From positions 90,706,001 to 90,770,000 of the forward strand of contig NC_043004.1 of the NCBI RefSeq assembly GCF_006345805.1: 64,000 bases of DNA, written 5' to 3'. The stretch comes from Octopus sinensis (taxonomy: Eukaryota). The notes beneath the pieces are model-generated. The model saw nothing but the letters and a program-made list of their open reading frames with translations, did no database searches and was not told the origin of the DNA. Of this stretch, positions 62,201 through 64,000 are shown in pieces. The first letter of the stretch is position 1; each line of letters begins with the position of its first letter. The translations under genes and the position numbers were made by a program.

Positions 62201-63464
62201 CATTGTAACACAAATGCCTTTACCTAAGACTTTAGCTGATTTCTGGCGCTTGCTTTATGATCATCAATCTGACACTGTAGTCATGCTGAATGACTATGAC
62301 CGCAATGATAAGGTAAATTCTTTTGATCAGCACCAGTAAAACACTTTCATACTCAGTTACACTCTCTCTTTCACATATGTAAGGCACCTAGAGTTATAGG
62401 CTTGCTGCTTAGTAACCCTTATTACCTCAAAATTTTGTATCTGAATAATGTATACGTTTCAGCAATGTAGAATCATAACTATAATGATAATAATAATAAT
62501 AATAATAATGAAATTATTGTATACAGTACTCAGGTGCACCACAACCTGTCAAAAGTGCGTATAAAGCATATGCAGTAATGTACAAATGTCTAGAAAGTGA
62601 ACAGTATATGAGTCAGATACATGCTTGCGTGTGTATGGAGGGGAGAAAATCAGGTGTATTGTTGGCGAATCTCAGGAAGCATGGAAGTTTTGAAGGATGC
62701 AGTGCTCGACAACTAACAACTGATGCCGGCAGTTTGTTCCATGCTTCAGCAACTCTTAGCGTGAAAAAATGTTTCTGAAAGTCATGAGAGCTGTGCTGTT
62801 TTCTGACTTTGTAAACATGTCCACGGGTGTTAGACAGGTGGAGTTTGAAAAGGTGCTCAGAGTTATTGTTTGTAAGTTGGTTAATAATTTTATGGGTGTC
62901 TGCCAAGTCAGCTGCCAGACGTCGGAGTTTCAATGTATCCATGTCCAGGGAAGTAAGGCATTCAGAATATGGCCAATGCCTGATGGAGGGTATTCTCTTG
63001 GTGCACCTCGCTGAACGGTTTCCAGACGATTAATATCCTGGGCAAGATAGAGGTTCCAGACCAGTGATGCAAATTCCAGGTGAGGTCACACCATAGCTAT
63101 ATAAAGCCACAGATAGATAGCCGATACAATACAAGGAGTATATTGTCATGCCAAACAAACAACTGGGATGCTCATTTTCCTCTATTATACACCAGTTGCC
63201 TTCATCTTCTTTTGTTGCGTAATTCTCATTCTCCCTTTTTTTCACTACCCACCTTATTCGATGCTCTCTCTCTCTCTCCCTACACACACACAATATCTGT
63301 TTTAATCATTTCTGTTTGTTTTTTGTTAGACATGTGCTTTGTATTGGCCAGAGGAATATGGCTACACAGTGGAACATGGTCCACTGAGCATACAGTTATT
63401 ATCATCATCTGAAATAGACCCTACTGTAGCTGTAAGGGTTTTTCAGTTGCGTCATGTAAGCAAG
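246..63464 (+). CDS. Multi-exon receptor-type protein tyrosine phosphatase with EGF-repeat ectodomain (EGF x5+, TM, PTP D1, partial PTP D2); 5' and 3' ends lie outside the window
   Basis: 19 exons with AG/GT boundaries whose phases chain into one open frame: 246-377, 3049-3183, 8657-8794, 13450-13587, 15041-15181, 21409-21508, 26804-26919, 44565-44755, 46400-46487, 48233-48309, 48509-48545, 50941-51158, 51691-51839, 53443-53578, 55507-55656, 56819-56918, 59180-59253, 62178-62312, 63330-63464. Classical PTP motifs occur in the expected order. No one-to-one vertebrate orthologue recognised. Confidence 0.93.
405..857 (-). mobile_element. Degenerate family A SINE (tail about 405-590, head about 736-857) with an unrelated fragment at 628-722
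   Basis: Matches by eye to the family A tail (gtacttattctatcgg...) and head (agaagacacttgtccaaggtgcc...). Confidence 0.55.
3049..3183 (+). CDS. Exon: EGF-like repeat, phase 1-1
   Basis: ttttgcag|...|gtaagt; [44 protein letters not shown]; 135 nt. Confidence 0.9.
3515..3853 (-). mobile_element. CR1-clade LINE 3' end (family 1), 5'-truncated
   Basis: Reverse complement of 12600-12925; (AACCT)n tail; gatgtag at 3511-3517 and 3847-3853 is a possible TSD. Confidence 0.75.
4404..4612 (-). mobile_element. RTE LINE 3' end with (GAT)n tail
   Basis: Reverse complement of 33760-33959; ggcgttaggaagggcatccagc motif. Confidence 0.8.
4696..4985 (+). mobile_element. RTE LINE 3' end with (GAT)n tail
   Basis: Direct match to 33680-33959. 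Confidence 0.8.
5945..6212 (-). mobile_element. RTE LINE 3' end
   Basis: (CAT)n followed by the same family sequence. Confidence 0.8.
6538..7311 (-). mobile_element. Internally deleted RTE LINE: post-endonuclease ORF fragment (6895-7311) joined to the 3' UTR (6538-6893)
   Basis: ORF 6883..7311 contains [33 protein letters not shown]; the adjacent 3' UTR matches the RTE family. Confidence 0.7.
8657..8794 (+). CDS. Exon: EGF-like repeat, phase 1-1 (absent from the ORF track)
   Basis: tttcag|...|gtatgt; [45 protein letters not shown]; 138 nt. Confidence 0.9.
9330..11023 (+). mobile_element. Tc1/mariner transposon remnant, frameshifted and interrupted by a solo LTR
   Basis: Translated pieces [46 protein letters not shown] and [22 protein letters not shown]; terminus begins TA+caaagggggtgcccaaaaa; right end replaced by RTE sequence. 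Confidence 0.88.
10079..10552. mobile_element. Solo LTR (474 bp) inserted in the mariner
   Basis: Termini TGTAAT...ACTACA; 4-bp TSD AGTT at 10075-10078 and 10553-10556; the mariner sequence rejoins across it. Confidence 0.8.
11021..12523 (-). mobile_element. Degraded RTE LINE, reverse transcriptase region
   Basis: ORFs 11008..11331, 11515..11814 (GIHQG..FSSLFF..LYADDL) and 12029..12313 ([13 protein letters not shown]) are homologous to the + strand copy at 32045. Confidence 0.88.
12524..12925 (+). mobile_element. CR1-clade LINE 3' end (family 1)
   Basis: Translates as [49 protein letters not shown], a typical CR1 ORF2 C-terminus, followed by the 3' UTR and a ttaac tail. Confidence 0.85.
12933..13075 (+). 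mobile_element. Short RTE fragment, inverted relative to 12370-12523
   Basis: gagaaatgtgtcc...gatggctcacttgcatttaatgatgc...gccactatgaaagg is the reverse complement of 12370-12510. Confidence 0.75.
13450..13587 (+). CDS. Exon: EGF-like repeat, phase 1-1
   Basis: catttcag|...|gtagct; [45 protein letters not shown]; 138 nt. Confidence 0.88.
15041..15181 (+). CDS. Exon: EGF-like repeat, phase 1-1
   Basis: ttttgttag|...|gtgagt; [46 protein letters not shown]; 141 nt. Confidence 0.9.
15445..15664. mobile_element. piggyBac-type MITE (220 bp)
   Basis: TTAA|CCCTTTCGTTAC...GTAATGAAAGGG|TTAA; TIRs match at 11/12 positions. Confidence 0.8.
16000..16370 (+). mobile_element. Family A SINE, near full length
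   Basis: tRNA-like head, CORE-like block, central (TA)n(TG)n and tail ending gactgaaacaagtaaa. Confidence 0.85.
18255..18917. mobile_element. Foldback/MITE with arms of about 300 bp and a TTAA TSD (Kolobok-like termini)
   Basis: TTAA|GGGT...ACCC|TTAA (TSD 18251-54 and 18918-21); left arm to about 18555, right arm from about 18601. Confidence 0.75.
19318..19612 (-). mobile_element. Non-autonomous Helitron (295 bp)
   Basis: Minus strand reads A|TCTTTATATATA...CCGAGCAACGCCGGG..CTAG|T: 5' TC, subterminal GC hairpin, 3' CTAG and an A|T target. Confidence 0.8.
19625..20280 (-). mobile_element. Old RTE LINE remnant
   Basis: Minus-strand translation resembles the RTE C-terminus ([26 protein letters not shown]). 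Confidence 0.5.
20928..21325 (-). mobile_element. Non-autonomous Helitron (398 bp), same family as 19318-19612
   Basis: Same termini and A|T target; carries an extra internal segment of about 100 bp. Confidence 0.82.
21409..21508 (+). CDS. Exon: transmembrane helix, phase 1-2
   Basis: ctttccag|...|gtaagt; (A)[32 protein letters not shown](R); hydrophobic run of about 20 aa; 100 nt. Confidence 0.85.
22965..23277 (+). mobile_element. tRNA-derived SINE with V-domain-like core
   Basis: A-box tggcccagtgg, B-box ggtttcgattcc, ctgcgatggactggtgtcccgtccag at 23168-23193 and a (TAAA)n tail. Confidence 0.75.
24521..24821 (-). mobile_element. CR1/L2-type LINE 3' end (family 2) inserted into a family A SINE head
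   Basis: Matches 62505-62790; the SINE head begins at about 24495 (gtgtggttaagaagtttgc) and resumes at 24822 (ttccaggttcagtc). Confidence 0.75.
26804..26919 (+). CDS. Exon: basic stop-transfer and juxtamembrane segment, phase 2-1
   Basis: gtctgcttaag|...|gtaaga; (R)[38 protein letters not shown]; 116 nt; phase links the TM exon to exon 44565. Confidence 0.78.
27605..28020 (-). mobile_element. Mariner transposase fragment
   Basis: Minus strand translates as [21 protein letters not shown]..(frameshift)[15 protein letters not shown]. Confidence 0.8.
28058..28469 (-). mobile_element. Family A SINE, full length
   Basis: Reverse complement closely matches 16000-16370 (roughly 90% by eye). Confidence 0.85.
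29660..29709 (-). ncRNA. Mirror-image putative hammerhead ribozyme (left arm of the palindrome)
   Basis: Exact reverse complement of 29721-29770. Confidence 0.65.
29721..29770 (+). ncRNA. Putative minimal type I hammerhead ribozyme
   Basis: caaaaactgt-CTGATGA-a cg GCAA cg a-GAAA-ctc a gag-TA-acagattttg. Core CUGAUGA at 29731-29737 and GAAA at 29748-29751; cleavage triplet GUA at 29758-29760. Stem I is 4 bp + A.A + 5 bp; stem III is palindromic ACUC-A-GAGU. Confidence 0.65.
30854..31122 (-). mobile_element. RTE LINE 3' end
   Basis: (CAT)n followed by the family sequence. Confidence 0.8.
31206..31409 (-). mobile_element. RTE LINE 3' end
   Basis: (CAT)n followed by the family sequence. Confidence 0.8.
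31986..33959 (+). mobile_element. 5'-truncated RTE-clade LINE (RT domain to the 3' (GAT)n tail), frameshifted
   Basis: ORF 32045..32605 [48 protein letters not shown]; ORF 32952..33380 [28 protein letters not shown]; possible TSD tattca at 31980-85 and 33960-65. Confidence 0.92.
34215..34625. repeat. Long compound (TA)/(CA)/(TACA) microsatellite; many shorter (TA)n, (TG)n and (CAT)n tracts occur throughout the window
   Basis: Read directly from the sequence. Confidence 0.9.
35386..36612 (+). mobile_element. Head-to-tail array of five degenerate 'family G' tRNA-derived SINEs
   Basis: Units at about 35386, 35632, 35861, 36082 and 36405, each with gagttcaaat...tttcatcc...aataagtacc blocks and (ATT)n tails. 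Confidence 0.7.
37196..37357 (-). mobile_element. Family A SINE head
   Basis: agaagacacttgcccaaggtgccatgcagtgggactgaac. Confidence 0.7.
41441..41752 (-). mobile_element. RTE LINE 3' end
   Basis: (CAT)n followed by the family sequence. Confidence 0.8.
44565..44755 (+). CDS. Exon: juxtamembrane/wedge region, phase 1-0
   Basis: atctgcag|...|gtaaat; (E)[63 protein letters not shown]; 191 nt. Confidence 0.88.
45022..45643 (+). mobile_element. Family A SINE interrupted at its central microsatellite by an RTE 3' end (45206-45451, +)
   Basis: Head at 45022-45200, RTE 3' end with (GAT)n, then the SINE tail resumes at about 45452. Confidence 0.82.
46400..46487 (+). CDS. Exon: PTP D1, KNRY loop
   Basis: catctag|...|gtaagt; [29 protein letters not shown](Y); 88 nt. 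Confidence 0.92.
47150..48112. repeat. Near-identical tandem duplication, period about 478 bp
   Basis: gtttgtatagtgtatac starts at 47168 and 47646; the units differ only by a 1-nt indel and microsatellite lengths. Confidence 0.92.
48233..48309 (+). CDS. Exon: PTP D1, DYxNA motif
   Basis: ctaacag|...|gtaagt; [25 protein letters not shown]; 77 nt. Confidence 0.92.
48509..48545 (+). CDS. Micro-exon: PTP D1, YIAxQG motif
   Basis: tatttcag|...|gtaaga; [12 protein letters not shown](G); 37 nt. Confidence 0.9.
49188..49419 (+). mobile_element. Intact family G SINE with a 14-bp TSD
   Basis: GGTATTTACAAAGA at 49174-49187 and 49420-49433; B-box-like gagttcaaattcc. Confidence 0.85.
50941..51158 (+). 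CDS. Exon: PTP D1, FWRMVW/IVMLT/KCxxYWP
   Basis: tttttgtcag|...|gtaagt; [72 protein letters not shown]; 218 nt. Confidence 0.92.
51691..51839 (+). CDS. Exon: PTP D1, WPD loop (WSD) and start of P-loop
   Basis: ccacag|...|gtaagt; [49 protein letters not shown](S); 149 nt. Confidence 0.93.
52141..52811 (-). mobile_element. Gypsy-type (Mag-like) gag remnant
   Basis: Minus strand: MDAKVFKE..; LAKKC; [18 protein letters not shown]; [28 protein letters not shown] zinc knuckles; contains stops and frameshifts. Confidence 0.75.
53443..53578 (+). CDS. Exon: PTP D1, P-loop and Q-loop start
   Basis: ttgttttag|...|gtaagt; [45 protein letters not shown]; 136 nt. Confidence 0.93.
55507..55656 (+). CDS. 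Exon: end of PTP D1 and D1-D2 linker
   Basis: ctctttag|...|gtaagc; [50 protein letters not shown]; 150 nt. Confidence 0.92.
56246..56563 (-). mobile_element. RTE LINE 3' end
   Basis: (CAT)n followed by the family sequence. Confidence 0.8.
56819..56918 (+). CDS. Exon: PTP D2, KNR motif
   Basis: aatttcag|...|gtgaga; [33 protein letters not shown]; 100 nt. Confidence 0.9.
57030..57262 (-). mobile_element. Family G SINE; further degenerate copies at about 2040-2210, 57900-58100 and 58950-59065 (minus) and 13090-13260 (plus)
   Basis: gtacttattttattgacccc...aaggcaaagttgacctcagcggaatttgaactcagaa is the reverse complement of family G. Confidence 0.7.
57348..57561. mobile_element. Degenerate piggyBac-type MITE related to 15445-15664, opposite orientation
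   Basis: TTAA|CCTTTTTGATACC...GGTAACAAAAAAGG|TTGA. Confidence 0.6.
59180..59253 (+). CDS. Exon: PTP D2, DYINA motif
   Basis: ttcaacag|...|gtaagt; (A)[24 protein letters not shown]; 74 nt. Confidence 0.9.
59821..60970 (-). mobile_element. CR1/L2-type LINE (family 2), RT fragment to 3' end
   Basis: ORF 60619..60855 [39 protein letters not shown]; ORF 59884..60270 is a CR1-like C-terminus ([20 protein letters not shown]). Confidence 0.82.
62178..62312 (+). CDS. Exon: PTP D2, TQxP/DFWRL/VVMLN
   Basis: catacag|...|gtaaat; [45 protein letters not shown]; 135 nt. Confidence 0.92.
62481..63120 (-). mobile_element. CR1/L2-type LINE 3' end (family 2) with (TTA)n tail
   Basis: ORF 62613..62942 [41 protein letters not shown]; a short + strand 3' end also occurs at 4331-4403. 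Confidence 0.85.
63330..63464 (+). CDS. Exon: PTP D2, CxxYWP
   Basis: ttttgttag|...|gtaaat; [45 protein letters not shown]; 135 nt. Confidence 0.9.
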
Positions 63465-64000
63465 GTAAATACTTTAGCGTTTGTTTTTCTCTCTTTCATT
63501 TATGTATTTTTATGAATATAATTTATTTTCAACATCAAGATATGAAGTGATGAATACAATAGAATTCTATACACAACACTGTGCTCTCTTTAGTCTTGTT
63601 TTTTTTTTTCCTGTTCAAATTCTACTGGGGGTTGACTTTATCATTCTTTTGTTGTCAGTCATGAAATTATGTACCAGTCAACTATATCATTCCTATAAAT
63701 CCCTGGCTTTAATTTATTTAAGAAATTATATATTTTCAATGCCTAAAACAGAGGAGTATAAGAAATGGTAAGGGGCTGGAATGAAATATCAAAGAGCAGT
63801 TAATTTCATTCCTTTGTACTCTTCATTCAAAACTTGCCACAGTTGACTTTGTTTAAGGGTTTGTAAAATAAGTACCAAGCAATGTAGTAACAGTAACCAA
63901 TTTCTCATCCTCTTGAAATTTAAGACATCAAACCAATGTAAGACATTGCTATCTATTATGGAAATTGTAGCTGTGAAACCATTGCCGGTGGCACGTAAGA

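Overview
AT-rich, microsatellite-dense animal genomic DNA. The repeat content (tRNA-derived CORE- and V-type SINEs, RTE and CR1 LINEs, (TA)n/(CA)n/(CAT)n tracts) suggests an octopus or other coleoid cephalopod; this is inferred, not checked. The whole window lies inside one + strand gene, truncated at both window edges. I traced 19 GT-AG exons (246-63464; 2390 nt, about 797 codons) that splice in one open frame. They encode five 8-Cys MEGF10/Draper-type EGF repeats, a transmembrane helix, a juxtamembrane region, a complete PTP D1 domain ([21 protein letters not shown]-loop) and the first half of PTP D2, i.e. an EGF-repeat receptor-type tyrosine phosphatase. The introns hold RTE and CR1 LINE pieces, three SINE families, mariner remnants, a solo LTR, a Gypsy gag remnant, non-autonomous Helitrons, piggyBac MITEs and a TTAA-flanked foldback. 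The most striking non-coding signal is a perfect 82-bp palindrome (29633-29797) carrying a type I hammerhead-ribozyme core on each strand. It is one of four unrelated short elements with the same '(TA)n - fold-back end - (TA)n' architecture, suggestive of Penelope-like/retrozyme-type mobile RNAs. All alignments and folds were done by eye; no searches were run.
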